Shown here piece by piece: positions 9,514-19,731 of a stretch of 64,000 nt of DNA (positions within the stretch are counted from its first letter, which is position 1; every line of letters starts with the position of its first letter). Location: assembly GCA_043804695.1 (NCBI GenBank), contig JAZDIV010000048.1, positions 1 to 64,000 on the forward strand, written 5' to 3'. Source of the DNA: PVC group bacterium (GTDB taxonomy: Bacteria > Auribacterota > Erginobacteria > Erginobacterales > Erginobacteraceae). Position numbers and translations under genes: made by a program. The notes below the pieces were generated by a model, which saw only the letters and a program-made list of their open reading frames with translations, searched no databases and was not told the DNA's origin.

Positions 9514-10557
9514 ATGGCCATCGATCACAAGACGGTTGAAACAATCGAGCGCTTGCCCAAGGTGGAACTCCACCGGCACCTGGAAGGGTGCGTATCGGCG
9601 GAGCTCCTGCTGGAGATTGACCGGGAGTATCATATCAAGCTTCCCTCGAATAAGCTGGAGGAACTCCGTTCCCATGTCCAGATTAAAGGCCAGGCCGGAA
9701 GCTTGCGGGAGTTTTTAGAGAAATTTTTCTGGATCGGGATGGCCTTTCCCACCCTGGAGGCGATCGAGCATGTCTCCTACTGTGTCTGCCGGGACTGTGC
9801 CCGGGACAATATCCGGGTGCTCGAACTCCGGTTCAGCCCGGTCTTCATGACCCTGGAGACGCCTCACGGCTGGGAAGAACTGCTCCACGCGGTTTTGAAA
9901 GGCGCCCGGCAGGCGGAGGAAGAATTCAATATCGATGTCGGATTTATTGTTGGCATCTCCCGTTCCAACGGCCTGAAGCTCGCGCTGCGGGCCGTCAATA
10001 CCGCGGCCGATTACACCGGCCTGGGAGTGGTGGGGATCGACCTCTTCGGCGACGAAGCCGCCTTCGGGCCGGAACTCTTCATCACCGCGTTCAAGGTTGC
10101 CCAGGAGAACGGCCTCAATGTCACCATCCACGCCGGCGAGGGAGGGGGGGAGACCAATATCCGGGTCGCGATTGAAACGCTGGGAGCCCAGCGGATCGGC
10201 CACGGGATCCGGATCGTCAATGATCAGGAGATGATGGCCTGGGTGCGGGACCGGGGGATACCCCTGGAGATCTGCCTGACCAGCAACGTGAAGACGAAGA
10301 CCGTCCCCAATCTGCCTTCTCATCCGGTCCGGAGACTGTACGATTACGGGATCCGGATATCCCTCAACACCGACGATCCCGCCATCTGCGACACCACCTT
10401 CTCGAGAGAATTGCTGCTGGCGATGGAGTACTTTCACTTCACCCTGGATGAGATCAAGGGGCTGATGATCTCGGCGCTGGACCAGTCATTCCTGGAGCCG
10501 TACCGGAAGAAGATCCTCCGGCCGAAACTGGAGCGGGAACTGGCCGCGAGTAACTAA
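9514..10557 (+). CDS. add: Adenosine deaminase
   Basis: PKVELHRHLEG, TIHAGE, RIGHG, LNTDDP motifs. Confidence 0.9.
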   Translation: MAIDHKTVETIERLPKVELHRHLEGCVSAELLLEIDREYHIKLPSNKLEELRSHVQIKGQAGSLREFLEKFFWIGMAFPTLEAIEHVSYCVCRDCARDNIRVLELRFSPVFMTLETPHGWEELLHAVLKGARQAEEEFNIDVGFIVGISRSNGLKLALRAVNTAADYTGLGVVGIDLFGDEAAFGPELFITAFKVAQENGLNVTIHAGEGGGETNIRVAIETLGAQRIGHGIRIVNDQEMMAWVRDRGIPLEICLTSNVKTKTVPNLPSHPVRRLYDYGIRISLNTDDPAICDTTFSRELLLAMEYFHFTLDEIKGLMISALDQSFLEPYRKKILRPKLERELAASN

Positions 10558-10593
10558 ATTACATACAATCCATTCGTCAGCAGCTCTATATAC

Positions 10594-10682
10594 CCACGAA
10601 AATCACGAAGGACACGAAGAATAACGGGAAACCGGATTCAATTTTCCCCGCTTTCTTCGTGTCCTTCGCGTCCTTCGTGGTA
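10594..10682. repeat. CACGAA/TTCGTG inverted tandem repeat
   Basis: Three CACGAA units then three TTCG(T/C)G units; relatives at 53537-53615 and 54737-54820. Confidence 0.65.
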
Positions 10683-10790
10683 TTTTTATTTTTCCTCCGG
10701 AATAATAAAAAATATCAGGCTAATATAAAAGTTACATAGTGGGGGGGAGATGTGGGCTGGGGTGTTAAAGATGTCTTTTAATTGTGCAGC

Positions 10791-10967
10791 CTAGTGTCAC
10801 GTCTCAGAAATGTCTTGAATATTTTTGTCATTGCGAGCCGAAGCCGCGAGCGCAGCGTGGCGGGCAGCGAAGCAATCTCAATTCGTTGCAATACAATAGA
10901 TTGCTTCGTCGCTCTGCTCCTCGCAATGACCGAATTATCTAATGCGATTTCCGAGACGGCACACTAG
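10791..10967. mobile_element. MITE family 2 with internal RPE-like palindrome
   Basis: Ends CTAGTGTCACGTCTCAGAAAT / ATTTCCGAGACGGCACACTAG (18/21 inverted match). Confidence 0.75.
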
Positions 10968-11090
10968 GGATGGGAACTGAAAAAACCGCCAAGACGCAGA
11001 GAACGCAAAGATGAACGGCAAAAAAACAGACCCGGATGCATCTTTGCGATCTTTGCGGCCCGGCGGTTCGGAAAAATTGCCTGGCCCATC

Positions 11091-12335
11091 CTATCCGCGG
11101 AAGCGCCTGAAGATCAGGGTGCCGTTGTGTCCCCCGAAACCGAAAGAGTTGCTGAGGGCGAACTCGATCTCCGCTTCCCGGGGCTGGTTGGGAACATAGT
11201 CAAGATCGCAATCAGGATCCGGGAACTCATAGTTGATGGTGGGCGGAATCAGACTGTGTTCCATCGCAAGCAGACAGGCGACGGCTTCCACCGCGCCGGC
11301 TGCGCCCAGAAGATGGCCGTGCATCGACTTGGTGGAACTGATGGGGACCCTGGAAGCGTGGCTGCCGAAGACGGCCTTGATCGCCATGGTCTCAAACTTG
11401 TCGTTGAGCGGGGTCGATGTCCCGTGGGCGTTGATGTAATCCACGTCTTCCGGGGCGATCCGGGCGTAATCGAGCGCCATCTTCATGCTCCGCGCGGCTC
11501 CTTCCCCACCGGGGGCGGGCGCCGTCAGGTGATAGGCGTCGCACGAACAACCGTACCCGGTGAGCTCCCCGTATATCTTCGCACCCCGCCGGCGGGCATG
11601 CTCCAGTTCTTCCAGAACCAGCATCCCCGCGCCCTCGGACATGACGAATCCGTCGCGCTCCCGGTCGAACGGGCGGCTGGCCTTTTCCGGGGCGTCGTTC
11701 CGGGTGGAGAGGGCTTTCATCGAACAGAACCCGGCCAGCCCGAGTTTGGTGTTCGACGCTTCCGCGCCGCCGGCCACAATCACATCGGCCAGACCATTGC
11801 GGATGCCCCAGAGCGCATCGCCGATCGAATGGGTGGCGGTGGCGCAGGCGGTCACCACGGCCAGGTTGGGGCCCTTGAGGCCGAAGATCATGGCGATCTG
11901 CCCCGGCAGCAGATTGATGATCATCATGGGCACCAGCAGGGGAGAGACCCGGCCGGGTCCTTTCTCCAGCATGATCTGGTGCTGAGTTTCAATGGTATTG
12001 AGCCCGCCGATCCCGGAACCGGCGTAAACGCCGATCCGGTTCAGGTCTTCGAGTTCGAGATCCAGACCTGAGTCCTCCAGCGCCTGCTTGGCGGCGATCA
12101 CGCCCAGCTGACAGAACCGGTCCATTCTCTTCAATTGCTTCCGATCGAGGTGCTGGTCCGGGTCGAAGTTCTTGATCTCCCCGGCAATCTGGCTATCGAA
12201 GCCGGAAGGATCAAACGCCGTAATCCGGCCGATCCCGCTCCGGCAGGAAGCTAACGCATCCCAGAACTCAAACGGATTATTGCCGATCGGGGTTACGACT
12301 CCCATCCCGGTGATAACAACTCTCCGTTCGGCCAT
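11091..12335 (-). CDS. fabF: 3-oxoacyl-ACP synthase II
   Basis: TACAT, NAHGTST, KSMHGHLLGAAG, SNSFGFGGHN. Confidence 0.97.
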   Translation of the reverse strand: MAERRVVITGMGVVTPIGNNPFEFWDALASCRSGIGRITAFDPSGFDSQIAGEIKNFDPDQHLDRKQLKRMDRFCQLGVIAAKQALEDSGLDLELEDLNRIGVYAGSGIGGLNTIETQHQIMLEKGPGRVSPLLVPMMIINLLPGQIAMIFGLKGPNLAVVTACATATHSIGDALWGIRNGLADVIVAGGAEASNTKLGLAGFCSMKALSTRNDAPEKASRPFDRERDGFVMSEGAGMLVLEELEHARRRGAKIYGELTGYGCSCDAYHLTAPAPGGEGAARSMKMALDYARIAPEDVDYINAHGTSTPLNDKFETMAIKAVFGSHASRVPISSTKSMHGHLLGAAGAVEAVACLLAMEHSLIPPTINYEFPDPDCDLDYVPNQPREAEIEFALSNSFGFGGHNGTLIFRRFRG

Positions 12336-12355
12336 TCCTTCCTCCTTTTTTGGAA

Positions 12356-12405
12356 ATATAAAACCTGCCCGGACCCGCCGTCGAAAAGACGGCGGGTACG
12401 GGCCG
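12356..12405 (-). terminator. Probable intrinsic terminator/attenuator between acpP and fabF
   Basis: GC stem CCCGCCGTC-TTTTC-GACGGCGGG with outer pairing, followed by TTTTATATTT on the - strand. Confidence 0.55.
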
Positions 12406-12446
12406 GCCGGCTAATCCGGCTATGGGGCCGGAGCCCTCAGCCACGT

Positions 12447-12686
12447 TCAGGACTTGGCGTTTTCTTCGATGTACTTGATGGCGGCGCCGACGGTGGTGAG
12501 CTTCTCCGCTTCCTCATCGGGGACCTCGATCTCGAAGGCCTCTTCCAGGGCCATGACCAGCTCGACGGTATCCAGAGAGTCCGCTCCCAGATCGTCAATA
12601 AAAGACGCCTCCTCGGTCACCTCTTCCGGGTTGACGCCCAGCTGCTCCACGATGATATCCTTGACCTTCTGTGTCACTTCAGACAT
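12447..12686 (-). CDS. acpP: Acyl carrier protein
   Basis: [22 protein letters not shown]. Confidence 0.98.
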   Translation of the reverse strand: MSEVTQKVKDIIVEQLGVNPEEVTEEASFIDDLGADSLDTVELVMALEEAFEIEVPDEEAEKLTTVGAAIKYIEENAKS

Positions 12687-12894
12687 TTTTCTTCCTCCTT
12701 TTGCAGATTAAGCCGCCGCCCCGGGCGGGGCGGGACTTCATTGACTTCGATTTCGTTGCCGACAAACTGACTTTCGTTCTGCCTGATTGCCGCTACCGTG
12801 TGAAAAGCCGATCAAAATAAATAACCTTATCGCACCTCCCTGTTGTTTAAACAAAAGCTGCATCCTGGAGGCAACATCGTAAAAAGTAGCGCCG

Positions 12895-13635
12895 CTAAAT
12901 ATGCATGCCGCCGTCAACAACTAAAACCTGACCGGTGATATAGGAAGCGCCGGGGGAGGCCAGGAAGGAAACCGCCCCGGCCACGTCTTCCGGAGTCCCC
13001 ATCCTGGCCAGCGGAATCGCCCCTATCATCGCCTCCCTGATCTTCTCGGGGATCCGGTCGGTCATCTCGGTCGCGATGAACCCGGGAGCGACCGCGTTGA
13101 CCCGGATGCCGCGGGGGGCCATCTCCTTCGCCAGCGACTTGGTAAGAGCGATCAGGCCGCCCTTGGAAGCCGCGTAGTTGGCCTGGCCCGCGTTCCCCAT
13201 CAGCCCGATGATGGAGGCGATGTTGATAATGCAGCCGGACCGCTGTTTCATCATGCTCCTGGCGACGGCCCGGCTCAGATTAAAAGCTCCGCCGAGATTG
13301 ACCGCGATCACCTGCTGCCAATCTTCCTCGCTCATCCTGATCAAGAGCGCATCACGGGTGATCCCAGCGTTGTTGACCACTATATCCACGCTCCCCCAGA
13401 GGTCAAGCACTTTATTCACCGCCTCCTCAACCGCCGAAAACCGGGAGACGTCGACCGGAAAGGCCGGTGAATTCCGCCCGGACTTCTCGATCGAGGCGGC
13501 CGTTTCCCGCGCCCCCGTTTCATCCCTATCCAGGACCGCTATGTCAGCGCCCCTCCCGGCCAGTTCGATCGCGATCGCCCGGCCGATCCCTCTGCCGGCG
13601 CCGGTGACGATGGCCTTCTTGCCTTCTAAAAACAT
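12895..13635 (-). CDS. fabG: 3-oxoacyl-ACP reductase
   Basis: TGAGRGIG, NNAGITRD, YAASK. Confidence 0.97.
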   Translation of the reverse strand: MFLEGKKAIVTGAGRGIGRAIAIELAGRGADIAVLDRDETGARETAASIEKSGRNSPAFPVDVSRFSAVEEAVNKVLDLWGSVDIVVNNAGITRDALLIRMSEEDWQQVIAVNLGGAFNLSRAVARSMMKQRSGCIINIASIIGLMGNAGQANYAASKGGLIALTKSLAKEMAPRGIRVNAVAPGFIATEMTDRIPEKIREAMIGAIPLARMGTPEDVAGAVSFLASPGASYITGQVLVVDGGMHI

Positions 13636-13835
13636 ACCTCTTCTCCCGCTCAGTAAACAGATGATTAGATACTGTGTTTCCCTCTACCCCGGCCCCTTTT
13701 TTAACAGACGATTGAATGTGATTGAATAGGATTTATGGCCTATACCCGGGCCTCTAAAGACGGTAAACGATAAAAGTGCAGACCCGGTGCCGGGCCAACC
13801 GTTTACTGATCACTGCTTACTGATTACCTGTTTTC

Positions 13836-13880
13836 GGTTCAACGTTCAACGTTGGACGTTCGATGTTCGACGTTCATCCC
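13836..13880. repeat. (G)AACGTT-type heptamer tandem repeat
   Basis: GTTCAAC/GTTCGAC units; also 16945-17000, 61376-61410, 62760-62776. Confidence 0.65.
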
Positions 13881-13886
13881 TTATTG

Positions 13887-14873
13887 TTACCATCTGACCA
13901 GCGACGCCGCCCAGGTCAGTCCGCCCCCGAAGGCGACCATCAGGAGCAGATCGCCCCTCTTGAGAACTCCATTGTGATCCATCTCCGCCAGGCCGACCGG
14001 GACCGTCGCCCCGGACATGTTCCCATAGCGGTCCACGTTGATGTAGACCCGCTCTTCCGGTATCTTCAGGCCCTTGGCCACCGCTTTCATGATTCTCAGG
14101 TTCGCCTGATGAGGGAGAAGCCAGTCAACATCCTGCGGGGTCAGGCCGGCCTGGCTCAGGACCCGCCGGGCGGCGGAGACCATGGAGGAAACGGCGAGCT
14201 TGAAGACCTTGTTTCCTTCCATCCGTATGTACTGCCGGCGCTGGTCAAGAATCTGGTGAGTGATCGGGCAGGCTGAGCCGCCGGCTTCCACCTGCAGAAG
14301 CGAAGAGTACGCCCCGTCGGCCCCGATATAACAGTCGACGATCTCGCCGTTAGCCGCGCCCTTGCTCAGGACCGCCGCCCCGGCGCCGTCGCCGAAAAGA
14401 ACGCAGGTATTGCGATCCTCCCAGTCCGTCATCACCGAGAGCACTTCCGAGGCCGCGACCAGGGCGTGGCGGTATCTTCCCCCGCGCAGCAGCTTTTGTG
14501 CCAGCTCCAGGGCATAAATGAAACCGCAGCAGGCGGCGGAGATGTCGAAACAGGCAGCGGTCGTGTTCCCCAGCCGGGCCTGAAGCAGGCACGCGGCCGC
14601 GGGGAGCGGTGCATCGGGGGTAAAGGTGCCGAGAATGATCAGATCAAGCTGCTCCGGCTTCAGGCCGGCGCTTTTCAGGGCCTGCCGGGACGCTTGCTCG
14701 GCCATCGAGGCAGCCGTCTCTCCGGGAGCGGCAATCCGCCGCTCATTGATGCCGGTCCGGGCCAGAATCCATTCATTCGACGTGTCGACCATCTTCTCCA
14801 GGTCGGCATTGGTCAAGACTTTCTCGGGGACGTAAAAACCCGTTCCTGCAATCCCGATTTTTTCCTGGGCCAT
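13887..14873 (-). CDS. fabH: 3-oxoacyl-ACP synthase III
   Basis: AACCGF, FGDGAGA, PHQANLRI, YGNMSGA, AFGGGLTW. Confidence 0.96.
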   Translation of the reverse strand: MAQEKIGIAGTGFYVPEKVLTNADLEKMVDTSNEWILARTGINERRIAAPGETAASMAEQASRQALKSAGLKPEQLDLIILGTFTPDAPLPAAACLLQARLGNTTAACFDISAACCGFIYALELAQKLLRGGRYRHALVAASEVLSVMTDWEDRNTCVLFGDGAGAAVLSKGAANGEIVDCYIGADGAYSSLLQVEAGGSACPITHQILDQRRQYIRMEGNKVFKLAVSSMVSAARRVLSQAGLTPQDVDWLLPHQANLRIMKAVAKGLKIPEERVYINVDRYGNMSGATVPVGLAEMDHNGVLKRGDLLLMVAFGGGLTWAASLVRW

Positions 14874-14897
14874 GTCTTTCTCCCTTGAAATTCGAAT

Positions 14898-15080
14898 CTA
14901 TCCTTCCTTCACTTCCGCCGCCGCTCTCCCCTTGTAATAGCCGCAGTGCGGGCAGATCCGGTGCGGAGGACGGGGACGGCGGCAGTGCGGACAGAGGACG
15001 GTCCGGGGGAGGTCGTAGGCCTTCCCCGACTGACGATTTCTTTTTCGACTCTTGCTGATCTTTCTTTTCGGAACGGCCAT
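14898..15080 (-). CDS. rpmF: 50S ribosomal protein L32
   Basis: MAVPKRKISKSR, CxxC...HRICxxCGYY zinc ribbon. Confidence 0.95.
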   Translation of the reverse strand: MAVPKRKISKSRKRNRQSGKAYDLPRTVLCPHCRRPRPPHRICPHCGYYKGRAAAEVKEG

Positions 15081-15121
15081 GGCGGTACTATCCTTTTCAG
15101 TTCTAACTCATTTGTTTTATC

Positions 15122-15565
15122 CTATAACCCCGCAAACGGGGAGTCTTCCCGAGCAGACTGACAGCCGCATTGTTTCTCATTCAGATCCTGCCCGCAAACG
15201 GGGCAGATCCCCCGGCAGCCGGGCTGACAGAGCGGTTTGAGCGGGAGGGCGAGAATAATATCGGTCCTGATTTCATCTGTCAAGTCGATTGTGCCCGCAG
15301 GATCGGCAACCTCTTTCTGGACGTCAAAGCCCGGAACTTTGAGCGGAAGCTCAACATTTTTCAGGCAGCGGGCGCAGGAAAAGCGGACCCGGGTCTGCAG
15401 TCTTCCCCGGACCAGAAGCAGATGCCCGACCAGATCAACATTCAATTCATAATCGATCGGCTCCCGAAATTCGGTCCCCGGATCACCGATATCAATAATC
15501 GCGGGGGATTCCTTTCCCCGCACGGTCATCCCCCCGCGCGGGACCAGCTGCAGGTTAATGATCAT
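15122..15565 (-). CDS. yceD: YceD/DUF177 family protein
   Basis: CARCL, PLKPLC...CRGICPVCGQDLN; usual position before rpmF. Confidence 0.9.
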   Translation of the reverse strand: MIINLQLVPRGGMTVRGKESPAIIDIGDPGTEFREPIDYELNVDLVGHLLLVRGRLQTRVRFSCARCLKNVELPLKVPGFDVQKEVADPAGTIDLTDEIRTDIILALPLKPLCQPGCRGICPVCGQDLNEKQCGCQSAREDSPFAGL

Positions 15566-16055
15566 TGATCTCTTTGAAAGCTTCCACTACCGGGGGAGGG
15601 ACAAAATGGGAAACATCCCCTCCCAGGAAAAATATCTCTTTTACCATCCGGGAGCTGATGTAGGAATACGCTTCGGCGGGCATCAGGAAGATCGTTTCCA
15701 GGTCGGGGGAAAGCTTCCGGTTGGTGAGCGCCATCTGAAATTCATACTCAAAATCAGCGACCGCCCGCAGTCCCCGGATCACAACCCGCGCCCCCCGCCG
15801 GGCGGCAAAGTCGATCAGCAGCCCCGAGAATGACTCCACCTCAACCCCGGGGAAAGAGGAAACGCACTCCTGCACCAGAGCAAGTCTTCGGGGGAGGGGA
15901 AAACACGGGGTCTTCTCCATGTTCTCCGTGACGGCAATGGTCAGCCGGGGGAAGATCCGGATGGCCCGCCGGATCAGATCCAGATGCCCGAACGTGACCG
16001 GGTCGAAGCTCCCCGCGTAGACGGCGTGGTTGCCGTTGGATTGATTCTGGCTCAC
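15555..16055 (-). CDS. coaD: Phosphopantetheine adenylyltransferase
   Basis: GSFDPVTFGH, RGLRAVADFEYE, ISSRMVKE; GTG start chosen just after the rsmD stop. Confidence 0.95.
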   Translation of the reverse strand: MSQNQSNGNHAVYAGSFDPVTFGHLDLIRRAIRIFPRLTIAVTENMEKTPCFPLPRRLALVQECVSSFPGVEVESFSGLLIDFAARRGARVVIRGLRAVADFEYEFQMALTNRKLSPDLETIFLMPAEAYSYISSRMVKEIFFLGGDVSHFVPPPVVEAFKEINDH

Positions 16056-16059
16056 GGCA

Positions 16060-16635
16060 TTAAATCGCAATTATGCTATAAATCGTCAAGCCGGTCCGGC
16101 CATATCTCTTCGCTTGCAGCCGGCGCCAGGCGCCCGGGGGCAGGACAGGCTCCAACCCGTATAAGTGCTCGACCGCCACCAGCCCATCTTGCTGCAGGGT
16201 ACCAGAACCGTCGATCCGAGACAAGATATTTTCCCCCGGGGAACCGTTCATTTCTCCGCCGGCCCGATACGGCGGGTCGGCCAGAATCAGGCCGAATCTC
16301 TCCCCACGCTCTCCCAAGCGGGCCAGCGCGGAACGCCAGTCGGCGGCCATGATCTCGCTCTCCGCCTCCCGCCCGAGGCCGGAGATATTGGCCCTGATGA
16401 CTTCCAGGGCCGGGCGGTGGTTCTCCACGAAAACAACCTTCGCCGCCCCTCTGCTCAACGCTTCCAACCCCAGCGCCCCGGTCCCCGCGAAGAGATCCAG
16501 GACCCGGATCCCGGGAACCGCGCCGCCGAGGATGCTGAACAACGCCTCCCGGACCCGGTCGGCGGTCGGACGGGTTTTCTCGCCCGGAACCGACTTCAGC
16601 TTCCGGCCCTTAAATCGTCCCGCGATGATCCTCAT
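16060..16635 (-). CDS. rsmD: 16S rRNA m2G966 methyltransferase
   Basis: MRIIAG, RPTADRVREALF, LDLFAGTGALG, DPPY. Confidence 0.95.
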   Translation of the reverse strand: MRIIAGRFKGRKLKSVPGEKTRPTADRVREALFSILGGAVPGIRVLDLFAGTGALGLEALSRGAAKVVFVENHRPALEVIRANISGLGREAESEIMAADWRSALARLGERGERFGLILADPPYRAGGEMNGSPGENILSRIDGSGTLQQDGLVAVEHLYGLEPVLPPGAWRRLQAKRYGRTGLTIYSIIAI

Positions 16636-16636
16636 A

Positions 16637-16870
16637 ATAAATTAGCGCCTCCGGCGCTAATTTAGAAGAATTGGAGTGAATTGTACCTTTTAAACGTGTA
16701 ACAGACTGATAATTACCCAAGAATTAGTTTGAACGCAGCTGCTCAATAAACAACGGTAAGCCCTTAGTGTAATAAAACAAAATATTTTTTCCTGGTTGCT
16801 TTTTCGCCTGTTTCGGGAGTTCAATAATTGGATCTTTCCGATTATTGAAATTCCGAAACATGAACTTAGC
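16637..16870. repeat. Intergenic cassette type D, copy 1
   Basis: Highly similar to 33355-33595; carries both shared cassette ends. Confidence 0.85.
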
Positions 16871-17007
16871 TTCGCAACTGTGGGAGGGCTTTCCAAGCCC
16901 GATAATCGGGGTTCATCGGGGCTCCATTCGTTCTGCGGCGGGCACCGTTCGACGTTGGGCGTTGAACGTTGAACGTTGAACGTTCATTGTTCGATGTTCA
17001 TCCCTCC

Positions 17008-19080
17008 TTACCCCACATCCCCCAGCTCGAAGTTGTCCCCGTAGCGGCGCCGGAGACGGCGGCGGACCTCCTCCAGTCCCGGATCTTTCAGCCGGGGGTC
17101 TTTTTCGAGGAGATGAAAAGCCTGCCGGCGGGCGAACTCCATCAAACGCACATCCGCCACGATGTTCCCGATCCGGAGCTCGGGCAGCCCGGTCTGCTGG
17201 GTCCCGAAGAACTCCCCCGGTCCCCGGATCTCCAGATCCTCCCGGGCGATCAGGAAGCCGTCGTCTATATCCTTGATCGCCTGCAGGCGGCGGGCGGCAT
17301 CCTCCGTCCGCGGATTGCCCTGGAGAATGCAAAAGGCGGGGTAGCGGCTTCTCCCCACCCGGCCCCGGAGCTGATGAAGCTGGGCCAGGCCGAAGCGTTC
17401 GGCGTTCTCGATCAGCATGACAGTCGCGTCCGGGATGTCGATCCCGATCTCCACCACCACCGTTGAAACCAGGATCATCGTCTTCTGGCGGCGGAATTGC
17501 TCCATCGCTTTTTGCTTCTGATCGGACGGCAGTCGGCCGTGAATCAATCCCACCGGGATGCCGGGGAAAACCCGGCTCCGCAGGTGATCGAACATTGCGA
17601 CAGCGGCTTTTAACTCCAGCCCCTCCGATTCCTCCACCAGCGGGTAGACGATAAAAGCCTGCCTGCCTTCTTCCACCTGCCGCCGGATGAAGGCGTAGGC
17701 CCGGTCGAGACGGTCGGGGCTGATCCAGTAGGTCTTCACCTTTGCCCGCCCGGGGGGCATCTCGTCCAGAACCGAAAAATCGAGATCGCCATAGACGGTC
17801 AGGGTCAGGGTCCGGGGGATCGGCGTCGCCGTCATCACCAGCACGTGCGGCTGAACTCCCTTCTGTCTTAAATCCGCCCGCTGCCGGACGCCAAATTTAT
17901 GCTGCTCGTCGATCACGATCATCCCCAGGTGATGAAAGGAGACGTGCTTCTGGATCAGGGCGTGCGTCCCCGCCACCACCTGAATGGTCCCCGCCGCGAT
18001 CTCTTCCAGAGCCCGTCTCCGCTGCGCCCCCTTCACCCCCGACGTCAGCAGGACCGTCCGCACCCCCAGGGGGGAGAGCTCCCGATCGATGTTGGCATGA
18101 TGCTGAGCCGCCAGAATCTCCGTCGGGGCCATGATCGCCCCCTGGTAGCCGCTGTCCACCGTAGTCAAAAGAGCGCAGACGGCGACCACGGTCTTTCCGG
18201 ACCCGACGTCTCCCTGGAGCAGGCGGTTCATCGCCCGCGTCCCCGTCATGTCGTCCTTGATCTCCCGGACCGCCCGCTCTTGCGCCCCGGTCAGCCGGAA
18301 AGGGAGCCGCGCGATGTAGCGGTCGCGCAGGGGCGTATCGGTCGAATGGGGCAGGCTACGCACCTGCCGGGCCCGTTTCTCCCGGCGGGATCCCAGCGCC
18401 AGCTGAAGGATGAAAAATTCGTCAAGGATCAGTCGCTTGCGGGCCTCTTCCAGCGCGGAGGGATCGGACGGGTAGTGGATGTCCCTGACGGCCCGGTGGA
18501 GAGGAACAACCCGCCACCGTTCCCGGAGATCGCCGGGGAGCAGTTCGGGACAGGCAGGAAGGCACTCATCGAGGGCCCGTTCGATAATCCCCCGCAGCAT
18601 CTTCTGATTCAGCCCCTCGGTCAGGGGATAGACCGGAATAATCCGGCCGGCCTGGCTGAGGCCGTCTCCTTCCGGCCCGAGCCGTTCGTATTCAGGGTTC
18701 ACCATCTGGAGCGTGCGGTACCGATGCACCGGCCCGGTAAAGGCGGCCTCCTCTCCCTCCCGGAAGGTGTTTTCCAGGTAGGACTGATTGAACCAGATGC
18801 AGGATATTTTCCCGCTCCCGTCGGCAACCACCAGACGGAACACCTTTTTCCCCGATCGGGTCCTGCTCAGTTCCCGGGCCAGAATGTTACCCCTGACGGT
18901 GGCAAAGTCGCCTTCCCGGAGGGCGGCGATGGGAGATATCCGGCGGCGGTCCTGGTAATTCCGGGGGAAAAAATACAGAAGGTCCTCCACCGTCTCGACG
19001 CCCAGCCGCTGGAGAAGCATCGCCCGGCGGGGGCCGACTCCCTTGAGATACTGGACGCTGTTATGTAAAGGTGACTCCAT
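17008..19080 (-). CDS. recG: ATP-dependent DNA helicase RecG
   Basis: GDVGSGKT, DEQH, TATPIPRT, QLRGRVGR, GPGEFFGTQQTG. Confidence 0.98.
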   Translation of the reverse strand: MESPLHNSVQYLKGVGPRRAMLLQRLGVETVEDLLYFFPRNYQDRRRISPIAALREGDFATVRGNILARELSRTRSGKKVFRLVVADGSGKISCIWFNQSYLENTFREGEEAAFTGPVHRYRTLQMVNPEYERLGPEGDGLSQAGRIIPVYPLTEGLNQKMLRGIIERALDECLPACPELLPGDLRERWRVVPLHRAVRDIHYPSDPSALEEARKRLILDEFFILQLALGSRREKRARQVRSLPHSTDTPLRDRYIARLPFRLTGAQERAVREIKDDMTGTRAMNRLLQGDVGSGKTVVAVCALLTTVDSGYQGAIMAPTEILAAQHHANIDRELSPLGVRTVLLTSGVKGAQRRRALEEIAAGTIQVVAGTHALIQKHVSFHHLGMIVIDEQHKFGVRQRADLRQKGVQPHVLVMTATPIPRTLTLTVYGDLDFSVLDEMPPGRAKVKTYWISPDRLDRAYAFIRRQVEEGRQAFIVYPLVEESEGLELKAAVAMFDHLRSRVFPGIPVGLIHGRLPSDQKQKAMEQFRRQKTMILVSTVVVEIGIDIPDATVMLIENAERFGLAQLHQLRGRVGRSRYPAFCILQGNPRTEDAARRLQAIKDIDDGFLIAREDLEIRGPGEFFGTQQTGLPELRIGNIVADVRLMEFARRQAFHLLEKDPRLKDPGLEEVRRRLRRRYGDNFELGDVG

Positions 19081-19082
19081 TA

Positions 19083-19302
19083 ATAAATTAGCTCGCTGCG
19101 CTCGCTACTTTATAATGGACCCGATTGATTCAATCGGGGTCTGTTGGTTAATTAAGATATTTTCACCGAGGCAACAATATACAAAAGCCTTTCCAACATC
19201 AGCCAACATTTGTCTTCCGGGATATGATTTTTCTGTTGGCTTACGGTAACCCACTCTGATTTTTTCGAAGAAAAAATCAGATTATTGAAATTCCGAAACA
19301 GC
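19083..19302. repeat. Intergenic cassette type E, copy 1 (promoter-bearing)
   Basis: Similar to 49235-49410 and 53337-53530; ends in TTATTGAAATTCCGAAACAGC. Confidence 0.8.
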
Positions 19303-19398
19303 GAGATAACTTTATCCTTGTTTAACGTTCTTCCCTGTGCTAAACAAGGCTTCCTCAATCAACCGAAAAGGGATGACTTAATTAAGGATTATAACACC

Positions 19399-19626
19399 AT
19401 GTCACAAGTCTGCGCAATCTGCGGGAAGCAGCCTCATTCCGGGAACAAGATCAGCCGGCGTGGTCTGGCCAAAAAGAAAGGCGGGGTGGGAAAAAGAGTG
19501 ACCGGCGTCTCCCGGAGAACATTCTTACCCAACCTTCAGAAAGTCAGGGCCGTGATCGATGGCGAGGTCGTTTCCATCCGGGCCTGCACGCAATGCATCC
19601 GTTCCGGCAAGGTTGTCAAGCCTTGA
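19399..19626 (+). CDS. rpmB: 50S ribosomal protein L28
   Basis: MSQVCAICGK...RRTFLPNLQ...CTQCIRSG. Confidence 0.95.
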   Translation: MSQVCAICGKQPHSGNKISRRGLAKKKGGVGKRVTGVSRRTFLPNLQKVRAVIDGEVVSIRACTQCIRSGKVVKP

Positions 19627-19731
19627 ATTTCCCCTTTCAGATCAACTGATGTAAAAGGGGAAATGTAAACCGGGAATGCCGAAGGCATTCTGATCCAACA
19701 GGTCCCCTGTATAGCCGGGGACGAGACCGCA

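Noticed and set aside
12780..12810. c-di-GMP-I riboswitch (GGTAGCGG on the - strand)
   Set aside because: The GGCAAA/GAAA/GCAAA core elements are not found.
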